Source: Kudoa neothunni (taxonomy: Eukaryota; Animalia; Cnidaria). From it: DNA of 64,000 bases. The DNA is taken from positions 7,272,035-7,336,034 of the forward strand of contig OZ199838.1 of the NCBI GenBank assembly GCA_964304625.1. The letters are read 5' to 3'. Of the stretch, positions 37,986 to 53,325 are shown one piece after another (the stretch's first letter is position 1; each line of letters starts with the position of its first letter). A program made the translations under genes and the position numbers. The notes beneath the pieces were generated by a model. It saw nothing but the letters and a program-made list of their open reading frames with translations, was not told the origin of the DNA and did no database searches.

Positions 37986-40900
37986 GGCTATTCTTACGAT
38001 AACGAATATTTTTTTTCTCACTAAAAATATTTTAAATCTGAATTTAAAAACATGTTAGTATATTTTTTTCCCACAAAAATTCAAGTTTTTATAAATTATT
38101 ATTGAAATAAAACTAATACATATATTTTGGGCTTATTTCGCCATTACAAGTATTAAAAATGATTAAAACCGGATCTTCATTAACATTTACGACATTTTAA
38201 AGCATTTTTGAATCGAAAAATTATGAAAATTGTGCTAATGTAACTTCATTTGATTATTGCGTAACGAACTACATCACATTTTAATTACATTTAGATCCAA
38301 AATGCAATTTTAAGAACTTAATTTTAAAATTAATAATCTAATTTGTTCTATTTGTTTAAAACGTACTTCATGTATCTTGGTGAGTATAGCGACATAATAA
38401 CTGCCTATTATTTCGTTCAAAATGATATATATTTTTCAGGTTAAGTATCTGGAAAGATATTGAGGTTAATTGTATTTCATAGTAATTACATTAAATAAAT
38501 TTTATTAGTATTATTGTCTTAAAAATTAGATAAAATGATTATTTCCTACACCACATAATTATACGGCATAATTTTAACAAAATGATAAAACCTGATAATA
38601 TTAATTATCTCAAAAAATATAATATTTACTAGTAATTCATTACATATATTAACAATTTGTTTCCGAGTCTGCTAATATCCCCAAACATGTTAAAGTAAAA
38701 ACGTTACGTTGCGCAATATTATGGAAATCATGTATTGTGAACAGTCTGCTGACTTCTTTATTGGAATGAAATTTGATTCGTATGAAAAGTTACAAATTAA
38801 AGTGAAAGAATACGAAGAAAAACATTTTTGCAATTTAAAAATTAGACATTCGAGAAATATTTCAAATGCACAACGAAGAGTAAACAGATCCATAAATTCT
38901 CAGTTGGTTTATTATGACATTAATTACGTGTGTTTCTTTGGTGTTCCTTACAAACGCAAAAGCATTGGAGATAGAAACAAATTATCATTTTAGAAGGAAT
39001 TCCCATTTAGTATCTCGCTCCGGAGCACTGTGGACGGTAACTTTTTGGAGGTGAAATTGCTAAATTTAATCCATAACCATTCCTGCGATCAAAGAATGTT
39101 CGAAAACCTTCCTCCACAAAGAATTAACCTGGATGATCCAATGATATCGGAGTTAATATCATTAAGAGCAAATAAAAGGTTAATTCAATGTAAGTTAAGC
39201 GAAGAAACCGGAGAGAAAATTACATTAAAATCTATCCATAATGTAAAGACTGTTTCTACCGTCGAACCGAAAAATATTGATTCCGTTATTACAATATTGA
39301 AAAATGATTATAATTTCTGAATTAAAATTCTTGCTAGTGAAAATTCTGTCAATGGAATTTTCTTCGTGGATAACGAAATGCTCCATGTTCTTGAATGTTT
39401 TCCTGAGCTATTATTCATAGATGCCACTTAAAGCTGTTGGATTCAAGGTACGAAACCCTATTTTATAACAAATGACGATTGTATTTGTAGAGCTCCTCTT
39501 TATTTAACTGCATCTCAAGACTCTTTTGGTTTAACCCATATCACTAGTGCCTGTATTTTATATGAGGAGACAGCAGAAGCCACAACATGATTTCTGAACG
39601 AATTGTTAGATGCTGCACCGTGGTTACAATCCAAAACGATGTCAATAATAACTGACAAAGACCATTTGTTACGAAAATGTTTAAGTTTCGTATTTCCTTC
39701 CACAAAGTTGATACTATGTAAATTCCATGTATTACAAGCGTTCCAGCGGAAAATAAAAGTAGGAAAGTATGGTATAACAACCGAAACAAAAACACTTATT
39801 CTTCAAATATTAGAAAAAATGACTTATGTCAAGAACAAGGAAAATTTTGACCGACTATGTTGTGAACTTTTTGACCTCAGAGTTGAGGAACTTAATGATT
39901 ATTTCAAAAAGAATTGGCTACCCATTTACCAGGAATGGATAATTGGATTAAGTATGGCTGAGCATTACTATAATAATACAACGAATAACAGAATTGAATC
40001 CATTAATGCAAAACTAAAAACTGTAGTGAAAAAGTTTTCAACTTTGAGTGATTTTTTCGACAATTTCTTCCGATTTTTGAAATCGCAAAGGATTGAGCGG
40101 CAAAGCACCATTGCTATGGAACTAACAAAACCATACGATTCTTCCAACGATAATGAGACTTTCAAAAAATATCATAATTATCTTACGCCCTATTCTTCAA
40201 GTATGATCCAGGAAGAATTATCAAAAATAAAGGAAGCCATTTTAGAAGAAAATTCCAGTTATAACTCCTGTAATTGTTCAATGCTTAAATCATTCAAGCT
40301 TCCTTGTCGTCATATTCTACAAAAACGTGCACTCAACTTAATCAACTTGTTTGATGAATCATTGTGTCATTCTCGTTGGATTAGGGAGCATGCGAATAAT
40401 TTCTTAAATGTTCTAAATGTTAATAATTTTAAAGATTTTCATGATGAGGGAGTTGTAAAAATCAAACCTAAAGACACTATCCAAACCCCTTCTCAAAGAT
40501 TAAGACTGTCTTCAGTGCTTACAAAAAAGTTGGCGGCTACATCTGCCGAATTTTGCGGAGATTATTTTCAAACTTCCATTGAAGTTTTTAGAAGACTTGA
40601 ATGTGTGATTAAAAATCATGATACGAAAATGATGTCTACTATAAATGAACTAAGTTATTTACTATTTGTTGCAAATGTGTAAAGTATATTAGTGAAAATA
40701 AATTTGAGAGAAGATAACGCTTTCATTGAAATCTTATCCTCCAATCCTGAGAGTGAATTGTCTTACACAGGTATTTCGTGAATGAAAATATTTTATTTAT
40801 ATAATTTAAACTAAGATGATGAATATACTGAAGAAAAATACGGTAAACTAACCGTAGTACTTAGTGATGGTAATGTATTTAGCTGAAAGCTTTGCTAGTA

Positions 40901-41612
40901 AAAGTATGAATCAGGAAAAAACTAATGATACATATAAAAGTAACTAATTTTTTATTAATTATAAAAAATTTTTAGATATACCCATTTCATCCAAAGTCAA
41001 GTCTGTCGGAAGGCCAAGGGGTAGCAGATTAACTACTATTGGACTTCCGAAGAAAAAACAAAAATATAATTTCAATAGATAGTTGATAATAAAAGTTAAT
41101 TAATTATGACATTTCCCAAATATTGGTTGCTAATTATGTATTTCGATTTATATTTTAATGTTAAATAACTTGAATTATAGAGTGATGACATGATTTTTTG
41201 AGTTCGGTCATTTGGCTTAAAAAAATTTCTAAGGTTGATTAATATTAGTTGTATTTTTCTGTAAATATCTTATAAAATGATACCATTTCAAACAATTAAT
41301 CCGTACCAGACCGTAACGTTGACACGTGGGCTAATGGTCTCCATCGCAAATGATGTTATATTAGCACAATTTTCGTGATTTTTCGATTCAAAAATGCTTT
41401 AAATGTCGTAATTGTTAATGAAGATTTGGTTTTAATCATTTTTAGTACTTGTAATGGCGAAATAAGGCCAAAATATATGTATTAGTTTTATTGCAATAAT
41501 AATTTATAAAAACTTAAATTTTTGTAGGAAAAAAATGTAATAACATGTTTTTAAATTCAGATTTAAAATATCTTTAATAAGAAACAAGATATTCGTTGTC
41601 GTAAGAATAGCC
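37986..41612 (+). mobile_element. Full-length MULE with about 255-bp TIRs; ZSWIM3-like transposase pseudogene (about 38720-41070) with small introns
   Basis: TIR GGCTATTCTTACGA(T/C)AACGAATAT (37986-38244 vs 41356-41612). Motifs FIDAT, ITDKD, LCKFHVLQ, TNNRIESIN and SWIM finger CNCSMLKSFKLPCRH. Intron at 39448-39490. In-frame stops. No TSD seen. Confidence 0.9.
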
Positions 41613-42249
41613 ATTTCCTATGAATAATACACGAAAGCCATCAATTGTAAAGTTATATTTTGTGATATAAACAGAGAAACATTGGGGCGTCGATCCGTAA
41701 TATTCTCAGCATATGTCCTAAATGCCAACGGCCAGTCTATCAACTAAAACGTTCTGTTCTTGCCTATTAACTGATTTAGTTTCACATTTGCGTCAAAATT
41801 GAATTATTGGATGATATATCAACATAAAACAAAGGAAAATAATTAGGAGTAATAGTACCATGGTAATTACCATAAATATCACATGAATTCACCCTCGAAA
41901 TTAACGATAATGCTAGTGTATTACAAATTAGGATTTGATATTCTTACACTAAAAAAAATATTTTTGACAGAATTTATTCAAAGTTTTTCAAAATATTTTC
42001 TTTAATAATTTGGACAATCTGATCAAAAAACAACTTGGGATCTTTTGGACGCTAATTTTACTTCTGAGATGTTGTTGTATTAACTTTTTTACCATAAAAT
42101 TAAAAATTTTATAGAGAAAGGAGATTTTAACAAATTTTTGTTGGAAGGTTGGAATGGTTACTTAAAATTTTTACTAAATTCATGATAGCCAACGAATAAT
42201 TAATCTTCGCCTGGGTTCAAAAGATCTCAGTTATACTTAGGGGGTTGAA

Positions 42250-45200
42250 TAGAAGATGAATATCTATCAAGTAAGACCACTTGCTCCACAATTATTTCGA
42301 CATGCCAAGTGAACAATGCGTGGAAAAAACAACGAACAGCTTAAACTAACGCCAAAGAATGAACTCGTACGAAGTAAGAGTTATATTGTTGATCACTGTC
42401 TTTAATGGCTAAGATTCTAATAGGGTACTAACGTTAGAGTAAACATCGGTGAAAGACTCGGCCGACAAAACAATTTTTTCTTTATAGTCGGTTAGTATAC
42501 GTTTAAACGTTTTATAGTAATAATCCAAGTGATTTTCCTAGAGAAAAACAATAGTTACACCAATTTTATTATCTATTCAGTACTAGACAGGATGTGGGTA
42601 TAACATCGTCCTGGGTCTTTAGAAGGGCTTTATCAACATCGTCAGTTATTTTTTGTAAAGATTTCTGATAAAGCGAAGAAAATTCTGATAGAATCAATTT
42701 TAACTTGGAACAAAAATTCTACAAACGATTTATTCATTTCATGCGCCTCACAATTAATTTTACTGTTTCATTGGAAGAGGTTGAGTCGGACATATATTCA
42801 TAAACTAAACTACAATATTTCAACACCTAAAAAAATTTAAACGAAATTCGTCTGATTAGGTCATTACACTTAGAACAACAACCGCTAAAACCGAAAGACT
42901 ATTTAGACTAATCAAACAATTATTTTGGAGAAAACTTTCGCTGTATTTCGATAGGGCATCATGAATATTATCTAATAAAGTTAAAAATTGGCATAGCTTA
43001 GCTTTCAGAAGTACGTATAATATCGTCGGCAGTGAGAAACGTATCGAAATTTTGTTTTGTTTCGCCTACAATAAATTCAATTGAAATTTGAGTTCATATC
43101 TTGTTGTTTAATTACCAAATATTTCTAACTCACATTCGAACACAATTTGCTTTAAAAATTGGGCACATTTTGTTTCATCTAAAAGTTCCGCCTGTTTTCT
43201 CGATCCAATTGATATATTCATTTTCTAGAAAAGTACAGCAGTTAAAGCAAAAAAAACGTTGTTGTGGTATTTGTGGTGACGGGAAGTTATAGCACGGAGA
43301 AAAACTTGAAATGAACTTAAGGAAATGATTGTCAATAACCTTTTGATAATCACTGGGGCATTTGGCGAGTGAATCGATACTTTCTAGATGAACTATTCCC
43401 GATACCAACACATAAGTTGTCATATCTTGGTCGTCGCCAGATTCCTTTCGCTTCTTTAGGCCGTAAATAAAACTCATCAAACCGGTTCGAAATCTCATCC
43501 AAACAAACTAAACGTTCAGTTACTTTAACATCAACTAATTAGAAAGTACATCTTCATCCATGGTATCATCAATGACAGATTGAGTGACATCGCTGTCAAT
43601 ATATGAATTTATTCAGAAAAATGGTTAATGAGAAGGATATTACAATTTTCTAAATTCTGAGAACATAGAAAAGTCACGATTATCATATAGGGAAGTAGAC
43701 GACAAATCATAACAATCTATATATTTTACAAATAAAAACGAAAAGTTCATCAGTTAAAGTGTACTTTCAAACATTTCCTCAAAGTGTGTGGAATAATTCA
43801 ACGAAAGCATCGTTTGAAAAGTGGATTCAATAAGAAGATATTGATAAAGATAGCATTTTTTCAACTTTGAAACATGATTGATCAAATCATAAAACTAAAA
43901 AATTAATGGAGCTGGGCTAACATCGAAAAAATACAGCAATGATGTTCGATGTTGCGAGAGATTGACTAAATGATGCAATCAACTAAAGTAAAAATATAGT
44001 TGCAAAATTTTTTTTATGTAATTCATTCATACATCAGTATTTAAATGTGCTATCTCAGTATGAAATGATTTCTCAAGTATATGGATATACAAAGTTTCCC
44101 CATTTTGAACTAAACTTTTTACTATACTATAAAGTATAGTATGCTTGAGATGATGTTTAATATTGCATTTTTCAAACAATTCATAATTAGGTTTTATCCA
44201 ACCTACATTTGTGTCGCAGCAATATATTAATTGGTCATCAGCGGACTTCAAACCAAATGTTACCTATGTAAAACGACAACATACAAAAGGACAAGGTTAA
44301 TCTTTTTTTATTGTCATCCGTTGGCATAATTTGAAACCATAACGCAAGTGAATTTAAAAAATTGTCGGACATGTTTTCACTCTTGGTTAATTTAAGATAG
44401 AACAAAGCAAGTTGCGCGTTTGGACAGTTTGTCAAGGAGGAAAAAACCGTTTCTGGCATACTATCATCAATGTGAGCACGATACGTCATAAAAGCTGTAG
44501 CGGTTTTTTCATTTCCCGTCGTTGCAGCTTCTAAATTCAACTAGACAACCACAATTAGATCAAATAAATTTTAAGGCCAATGAACTACATGCTTTCCAAG
44601 GGAGGGATAATTTCTAAGGTAATAAACAATATCATTTGTGCATGAAAGTGGATTGTTGTGCTTCAAAAAATCAAACAGTTGAACAAAAGTTTTTTCAAGT
44701 TCATTTTTGGTGGTCTCAATTTCTTCATCACTTATCGCGTCGGTATAATCATGATTAAGCACCGAATCGTAGAATTGCATTTTAAACATATAGATAGTCC
44801 TATTCTCCATTGTTATGGGGTACTTTTTGGTAAGATTGATCAAAAGATTTTCTAATTTCTTCTTGAAATCGCTAAAAAGTATTGTTAAATTCATTCTAAT
44901 ACCGAGAAACAGCCGATACAGAAATACGTCTTTATCTTTACAATATTTTACAAAAAGATTATTCAGTAGTTTAAAACATTTTAAATCGTTGAACCTACAA
45001 TAAATGATTAAAAAAAAACCAAAAATGTGCATTCTTATCTGATACAATTTATAGACGAGAAGTAGTGTCTTTTGAAAAACATCTTTGGGGTCGCGAAAGT
45101 TAAGTTCAAACTTAAGTTGCTTCAATTTGCAGTCACGATACAAATAACCATTAATATCCGGAGGTTTTAATTCGGTAAGTATCTGATCCAAATTCTCTCT

Positions 45201-45400
45201 TATGTCAAACTTTACACATACCATATTCAAAAATTGCAACTCTATTATAATATAGCGTATAAACCAACTCAACTTAGTAAGTAATAATCGATTTCACGAA
45301 CAGTTAAAATGACTTGTTATGTATAACTTGGCTGTAAACTAAATAGACAGATAAGTTCATATATAATAATTTTCTCTGACAAAAAAATTAAACTAACGCG
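42250..45400 (-). CDS. Multi-exon host gene, 3' portion; tentatively Rod/KNTC1-like kinetochore protein
   Basis: A chain of same-strand helical ORFs (44571-45272, 44238-44540, 44027-44251, 43175-43498) separated by short AT-rich GT-AG introns. Weak recalled collinear resemblance to the Rod C-terminal region (MPTDDNKKRLTLSFC..W; QQRFFCFNCCTFL). Boundaries are approximate. Confidence 0.4.
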
Positions 45401-47321
45401 TCGCAATACTAATGCGGGTAAAATCCATGGCTTTTCCCTCAATTTATTCATTACGGAAATCATGTAAAAATCTCAAATAATCTAAACATTTTTATTTAAT
45501 TGAGAATTTTTTTAAATGAAGGACTGAATATTTAGAATAATTGATTAAATTCCACTGAAATACCAACAAAATAACATTATTCAAGATTTTATAAATATTA
45601 TTACTGGAATTAATGATCATACATTGGTTGCAATAAATGATTGGGACCTTTGTAAAATTTATAAAAAAATTAATTCTAATTAAATTTTTGGTGATATCAA
45701 ATATAAAATTGTTATATAATTTAGTAAATACTTAAAATACTAAAGAGCAGTGAACTGTTGCCAGTTAAACAACCAGTTTTTATGTTGTATAAGAGGAATG
45801 GCTTGAACAGCGCTTTTTGCATTAACTGGACTGTATTTGAAGTAAAAAGTATAATTAAGTCAGACCAATTATTTAAATAAATAAAATTATAAATCATAAT
45901 TTCTTGGTTTTTTATTGCCCCAAAATATTTAATTTTAACCGTTATTTATGACTTCGTCACTTCTATTTTTTGTCCCCACACCGGGTCTATTTCTAGGTTG
46001 CATATAAGTTAATTTTTCAAAATCTGACGTAGTTAATCATTTTTACTCTGTCGCTGTGTTTTTAAGGTTCAAGGATAATTAATATGGTCAAGACTATGTA
46101 TAAGAAAATTAAAATTTTCAGACCAATAAACACATCCAATTTTTGACAACCCAAACCATTTTCGAGGCTTGACTTGTTTTCTGAAAAATATTTTTATTTT
46201 ATATTATTCTATAAATATCAAACATTTGATATACTACCCCATAATGTTTAAATACTGATATATTAGAGAATAAAATAGAAAGAATTCATCCACCGAACCT
46301 TTAGATGTTAATCTGAGAACGTAATTTGTTGAAATTGTACTATAGATTTATTCCCAGAAAAAAGTGTTAACAGATTAAATTCAAGGGCTAGCTTATGATT
46401 TTTAAATGTTACAAAGTTTAGGAACCTGTAAATTTATCGGAATTTTCAAATAGTAAAAAAATAATGACAATAACCCCCAAAAGAAATTTAATTTTCATGA
46501 TGATAGAATATTATTTCAATAATCGTGATCGCCCTATTTTTCGTCCATCTAAAGAGGAAATTGGTTAAAGTTAAGTGTGTATTACGTGAAATCGATTATC
46601 GAATGTGGCACACAATTATTAACGTACCTCCCAATTTCAACCGTATTATTGGGCTATTCAATCTTTTTTCCATAATTTTTTGAGTTAAATTTTGTATTTT
46701 GCGTTTACGCGATGACATAATATCTTCATCACAATTATCGAGAGAATGTGCATTGAACTTAATTACACATATAATCAAGGTAATTGAATCAACAATTTTT
46801 TACTTGAATCACAGCAGCAGCTAACTCATAAAACGCATAACTCTGAAAATTAAGTTGTTTCAATTTTTTCGCCAATCTAAAAAAGTTATACGTTTAGAAA
46901 TATGATTGTTCTTTAGAAATCATAACAAAATGTATAAAAACAGAGAAAACCGATCCTAATTCAACTCACTTAATGTTTTTAAGCCGTTATTGAAAAGTTA
47001 GTAAACACAGGATATGTTATTTCATGTAATTAGTGAATAAACAGGAATAGTTCGTAAACAACAAATTTTAAGAGTCAGTAATAATATAACGATTATATAA
47101 TTATAAAATAGTTTTATCCGGACGCTTTGTAATTTATGTGCGAAAGGTCCGTGGATATTGAGTTAAACGATTTTGTTGTTGAAAATTTTTTTATATCAAT
47201 TTAATATAGATTTAAAAAGGTAGTTACTTATGTAAATAATATACAAAACTGTAATATAAAATTTTTTAAATATATCAATCTCACGCTTACTTCAAAATCA
47301 CCTTTGAAGTGAAAGCCCATA

Positions 47322-47805
47322 CAGTATTTCACGACCAAGATGCAAACATGCCGCGCGCTAGTTATTTTTTAAGAATTAAGATTCAGATATGCCTGCTGAA
47401 CTAGAAATTATTAATAAAATAAAAAGAAAATATGAAATTGTTAATAAGAAAGATAGGGAAAAGATTTTCCAACAACTCCAAGTATTCATATTTTGATATA
47501 ATTTCTAAAGTCATTCAGAATGGGAAGACCAACCGTTAAATATCTGAGTCTCTGGGCATTCATGAATCTACGATAGGTAGAATTGTCAAAAGGATAAATG
47601 AAACAGGGTCAGAAGAAATTAACGATTAGAAATAGAAAATATATATGAATAAAATTTAATCATCCTCTGTTATTTTTATTTCAACGTTACATAGTTTTGT
47701 TTAAAGTTTAATTGACATTTTTAAAAGAAAGTTTCACATTTTAATAGATATGCGCCATGTTTACATCGTGATTGGAAAAGTTTGCATCTTGGTCGTGAAA
47801 TACTG
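47322..47805. mobile_element. Tc1/mariner-pogo type MITE
   Basis: Perfect 26-bp TIR CAGTATTTCACGACCAAGATGCAAAC, TA TSD. Confidence 0.9.
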
Positions 47806-48416
47806 TATGCGTATCCTCTAATTCGCACAAAAATGATCCACAATAAAACACAAATAATCTTAATTTTGTAATCCGTTAATGGATCAATGCATCTTCTGAT
47901 CTGAGTTAAAAACGGTTTATAGCGTTTAAAACCCACAAACCTCAATGCTATGAGTCAAGGATTTTTTGCTAGGATTGATCATAACAAATTCGAAAATGAG
48001 AATATCAAATGTTAACCTTGAATTTTTCAATCATTAAATTGGAAATAGATTTTTATAGATACGTTCTGTTAGATAGATATCAAGAATTTACGTATTTATC
48101 AGCAATATTTTAACATTATTTTTGCTAAACAAATACAGTAGGTTATCGATTCTCGGTATTCTCCTCGGCAACAAAGGAAACTTAATGAAAATGCACCATT
48201 GATCAATTTTACGTACTTCTTACAATTCGCCGCGAATACAAGAAACTTTTGTATCGAATGAATGTTATCATGAGGTTCAATATTAATATTTTTGCATTAT
48301 ATAATTATGAACTCATCTCATATCAAAGTTTTCTCGCATATAATTTGTAATATTTTGTTCAGTGTGTGCTATTTCTATCGAGCAATCCATCTGTATTAAC
48401 CATTTATTATCTAGAG

Positions 48417-48704
48417 CAGTGGTTCCCAACCTTTTGGTGTCTTCGAACCCTTATAAATTAATTTGAAAATTGTGTTAAGAATTCAATATATATATTTTTA
48501 AAGCGCTAAGAAAAAATTCCACATATTCATTTTCTATCTTTTCAATCATAAAACAACAAACAATAGATAATATAAATATATAACTGAGATTTCTGCTGCT
48601 GTTTTTTGGAAGCTATTTTATGTATTCTTGGTTCAATTTTCAAACCCCCAGCGCTGACTGTTCGAACACCTAGGGTTCTGTCGAACTCCGGTTGGAAATC
48701 ACTG
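48417..48704. mobile_element. hAT (Charlie-like) MITE
   Basis: TIRs CAGTGGTTCCCAACC and GGTTGGAAATCACTG, TSD ATCTAGAG/CTCTAGAG. Confidence 0.88.
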
Positions 48705-49619
48705 CTCTAGAGTAATTAGGAAAACCATATTTTTAAATTTAATCTTCTTCATTGCCAATAATTTTACTCTCCTATATATATATATATATATTGTTTGAAT
48801 AGAGGATGCATAACCAAATTTAGAAATAACTATGACAAAAACTTCTTCTACCGTATCCATAGTTTCTTAATGAATTCAATATGGCTATTATTAATAATAG
48901 ATATATCGGATTTATTTGTCAAGAAAAACCAGCGCTTTAAATCATTTGACTGTAATTTCTTTTGACATATTAAGCCAAGATATATCTTTAGCTTATTTTG
49001 GAGAAAATCTGGCCGAAATGGATTCATATCGTTATTAGTTGCAATGGTCTGATTTATTGTAAAAATATTTTCATAGTTTGACTCCAAGAAACAAATTATC
49101 GTTGCCTGGGAGCTTATAAAAAAATTGTTGAACTTTTTGAAAAATACAAGAATGCCGTGTAATTTAATTTCACGATAACATAAAGTATTATCGAGAAATA
49201 ACACAATTTTTGTTGTCTATATTTTTAAATAAATTTTGGGGCTATCGAGCATATAACTCATTCAAAAAAAAGAGTTTATACATTGTGATAATAGCCGGAA
49301 AATTATGTAAAACCAATAATTTCTATATTTTATGAAAAAAACTTTAAAAACTACCTTTATTTTGTAAGTTTTAATTTAAATTATAATAACTTAGCCCGTA
49401 AATGTTATAGAAACAGTTTCGACTCCTTAAATTACATACATACATGCAAAGTAAAAATAAAGAGAGTTAAAAAAATATCGTACTGTATTCCATTATTTTT
49501 AATTTACCATTTATGTTATGCGCCAAAATTTAGTTTTCTCATTAAATTATAATATCAGCTAAATAATAACAATTATCCGAGATGAATATCTTAAATGGGT
49601 TTAAATTCCTAACGAAATA

Positions 49620-50424
49620 CAGTGGATAACCGTTTTTACGTATCAAGCACGCGCACGCGCAAAAAACTGATTTTTATTTGTTAAAATTGTATCACGAACT
49701 TTAAAAATCAAGTAAATAAATTGAGTAAACTTTATTAATTTATATCTGTATGTACACAATAATAGTGAATTTCTAATTTGTTTTCTAAAACATGGATAAA
49801 ATTGTGGAATTTCCAATTGTCTAATATTCTTCAATGACATTTCATAAACCTCTTCTTCAATTTATCACAATAGATTTTATTTTCTATTACCAATTTTGGT
49901 ATGTGCTTTAAATTTTGCACACAATCAATTTCTTATTTTTATGAAACTTTATAGGTGTTATTTTAACCTCCTCCTGTTCGATATCCTTCATAGTTGATTA
50001 AATAACGTCCTTATTTTCGTTAATACCAACTATTTAATCTTTCATTATCTTCTACTCGAGTATCATTCCGTCAATTTCATCCTTGTTGTTATTTCATAAA
50101 AATAATAATAATGCGGAACTCTTGAATTGACGAATAGTAATTGTTTTTTAATTTTTAGGAGAAAGAGTTTCCGAACTTCAATATTTCATATTTTTCTTTA
50201 AATGTTCAACGCCTCTGGCTATCAGTTATCATAGCTAGTGATTGCTTAAATTCCGCAAATAGTATAGAAATCGGAATAAAAATGTACGATGAATTGGTCA
50301 CTACGGATTTTACGTATATTGGCATTATTTGATATTAAATACAATAAACCTTAGAATATACACATGCAATATGAGAACCACTAAGTTGTTTTTTTTTAAA
50401 GTGCGTAAACTCGGTTGCCGACTG
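49620..50424. mobile_element. pogo-like non-autonomous element
   Basis: TA-flanked imperfect TIRs CAGTGGATAACCG..TTTACG and CGTAAACTCGGTTGCCGACTG. Confidence 0.6.
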
Positions 50425-50812
50425 TAATAAGATTCACCACCTTAAGTTATGCATCACAATAGTTTCCCATTAGAAATCTATAACATCAAAGCTTTCACTG
50501 AATAAATTATATTTTCAATATATACGAAATATGATTAATAAAAGTAAATTAGAAAATCTTTCAAGTTTTAATCCCCTAAAGTGAAAATATTTATAATAAA
50601 ATATCAAATTTCAAGGAGTACGTCGCCAAGATTGAAACATGGGTGATTTTGAACATCAGTTTTATCTTATAGAGCAAATTTTTATATTTTATATTAATGA
50701 AGAATAAATTTGATTTTTCTTTTAAACGTTGTACAAATAACTACTAAATATTTTAAATGACTTGTACCTTTCAATAGCCATCGATATCGGTAATCATGTA
50801 TACTCTAATTAA

Positions 50813-53106
50813 CCCATTCCGGTTCTCTGTGTATTAAAAGGCATAGGGAACATTAAATTATTACGTAAGTAGAAAAAGTTTTTTAGTATATACATAAAAA
50901 ATAAACAAAATGTATCGGTGTTTATACCGATGCATATCGTGATACAGTAACATCGGCCCCAAAATTATTACATGATAATTTTTGGAAATTTTTTTATTTT
51001 ATTTAAATTTTAAATGAATTATTACTTTCAAAAACCTTAAATTTATTTTGAAGTATGGAAATAATCATTAATTATAGGGCGCACAACTAAGTGCCATAAA
51101 GGGAACAGAAAACTGACCGCATGCTTAAGGTCTTATGCTTAACCGGCCACATTTGTTTTTACTTGCGCGAAAAAATGAATTTTCAGAATTTTTTTGATGC
51201 TCTTAATGAGATAGAAAACGATGAAAGTGAATATTCTCCAATAGATATTGTTGCACTGCCTCCAGATCATGTCAATGATTCGACCGACCAAGAATACAAT
51301 ACTATAACAGCGAACTCTGAAAACGTCGATATTGCTGATATACCTGAAATATGCGGATCAGTAGAAGTTTTTTCATCAACATACGAAGAAAATGATAATG
51401 TCAATGTATCTAACGTGCGGCAAAATTTTTCGCCAACAATTAATGACGATGAAAATATAATCAAAAATAATGCTGAGATTTTAGCCGAAAAAACATACAC
51501 CCAAAATTCTTTAAACGGGAACGAAATAAATTCTCTTGAAACATTTAATCATATGTTTGATGAGCAGTTATTTATTCACATTGTGAGATAAACTAATCTC
51601 TATCCCCGTCAAAAAAATGATCATAATTTCCACATTGATTTAAAAGAATTAAAATCGTTTATTGGTATTCGTTTATTATCAGAATATAATAAACTTCCCA
51701 AACAACACATATACTGGGAATCTGTTTATGACGCTGATGTGGAGATTGTAAAAAAACATGTCAATAAAAGGATTTAAGGAAATAAAAAAGTTCCTTCACT
51801 TTAATGACGACTCAAAAATGAACCCTGATGATAAGCTTATTAAAATAAGATCCGAACATCAATAAATTAAACGAAAATTTCAAAATATTTTGAATTTTTC
51901 ATAAGTAATTATCCATTGATGAACAGATGAATCCATATACAGGATATCATTCCTGAAAAATATTTATGAAAAGCAACCCGACACGTTTCGGATCCAAAAA
52001 GTAAATGATGTCGTCGTCGTGCGGATATGTTTACAGTTTTGATGTTTACACGGGCAAGTCAACAATATACGATACAAAAATTGGTCTCGGTAGTAGGCGT
52101 TGTCAGAAATTTTTACAAACACAGAAAAAAAATTAGACACCTACCTATTTGTTGATAATTTTTTCTCGAAATATAAACTGATGGTTGAATTAGTCAAAGA
52201 TGGGATAAAAGCCACTGTTACAGTGAGACCAAATCGAATCGGAAATCGTTCCCTTACCCCATATAATATTATGGGAAAATAACCCGAGGAACCTACGAAT
52301 GCTTTTTGGAAAAAAAACAGCCAAACTTTAATTACCCAGTGGAATGACACCAAACCAGTTACTCCAATCAGCAATTTTTGTGACGTTTATCCATTGCGCA
52401 GAGTTAAAGTTACTGCAGGTTACAGAAAAAATATCTACAAGTAGATCAACCTTAAGCCTGTCCTGTATATAACAAATTCATGGGTGACGTTGATTTAACA
52501 GATAACGCAGTTGTTTGCTATCGAATTAACATTTGTGGTAAGAAATGGTATTGGTCTCTTTTCCAACACGATTTCTCTTGCTGTTTGTAATTCATAGAAA
52601 CTGCTAAATCTTGGAAAAGAAACCAAAATACCTCTTCTTTCTCACATTAGGAATCTAGTGACTCTCTTATAACTTCAAGTTATTCCAAAGTAAACTCTAT
52701 AAGAAGGTCGCTCTTTGGTAAAACCCAATTCCATACTCTCTGTGAATATCCTACACTCACACAAAACGCGGAAAAAGAAGAGACGATGTGCCGTTTGTGG
52801 AAAGACCACCATTAGATCTTGCGGAAACTGTGATACGACATTGCACATCGAATGTTCACAAGTTTTTCATAAAAAATAAAAATAATTAATTTTTGGTGTT
52901 TTTGGTGAAATTTGAAGGGGAAAATTTATATTGAGAAATAGCACGCGGTCGGTCTTCTGTTCCCTTTGTGGCATTCTATCAATTTTATGATATTTCCAAA
53001 TTTTAAAACTTTAATTTATTTTTATTTTCAATTTTCATGTTTTTAGCTAATAAGTAATAAATATAAAAGTTATTAAAAAAATATTAAGTTATCGAACCGA
53101 AATGGG
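50813..53106 (+). mobile_element. Full-length piggyBac (PGBD3-like) with a decayed transposase (about 51175-52880)
   Basis: TTAA TSDs, TIR CCCATT(C/T)CGGTTC, internal inverted repeats at about 51091 and 52940. Motifs SIDEQM, FVDNFFS, YNKFMGDVD and C-terminal CAVC..CGNC..LHIEC. Confidence 0.92.
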
Positions 53107-53325
53107 TTAAAGAAATTATTTTATTAAATGAAGCTTAAAAAATTATATTTCCTGAAGGTGGTCTAATACATTAGCGACAGGTGTACATATACGTATAAGA
53201 TAGTGAAATTTACATTGCTCCAAGTTAGAATTTTCTGTTAATATTTAGTGATTACAAGTGAAATGGTTAGTGGATGTCTAATAAATTTCGTAAAGAGCTT
53301 CTATAAGTTGCAGTTTAATCTACTA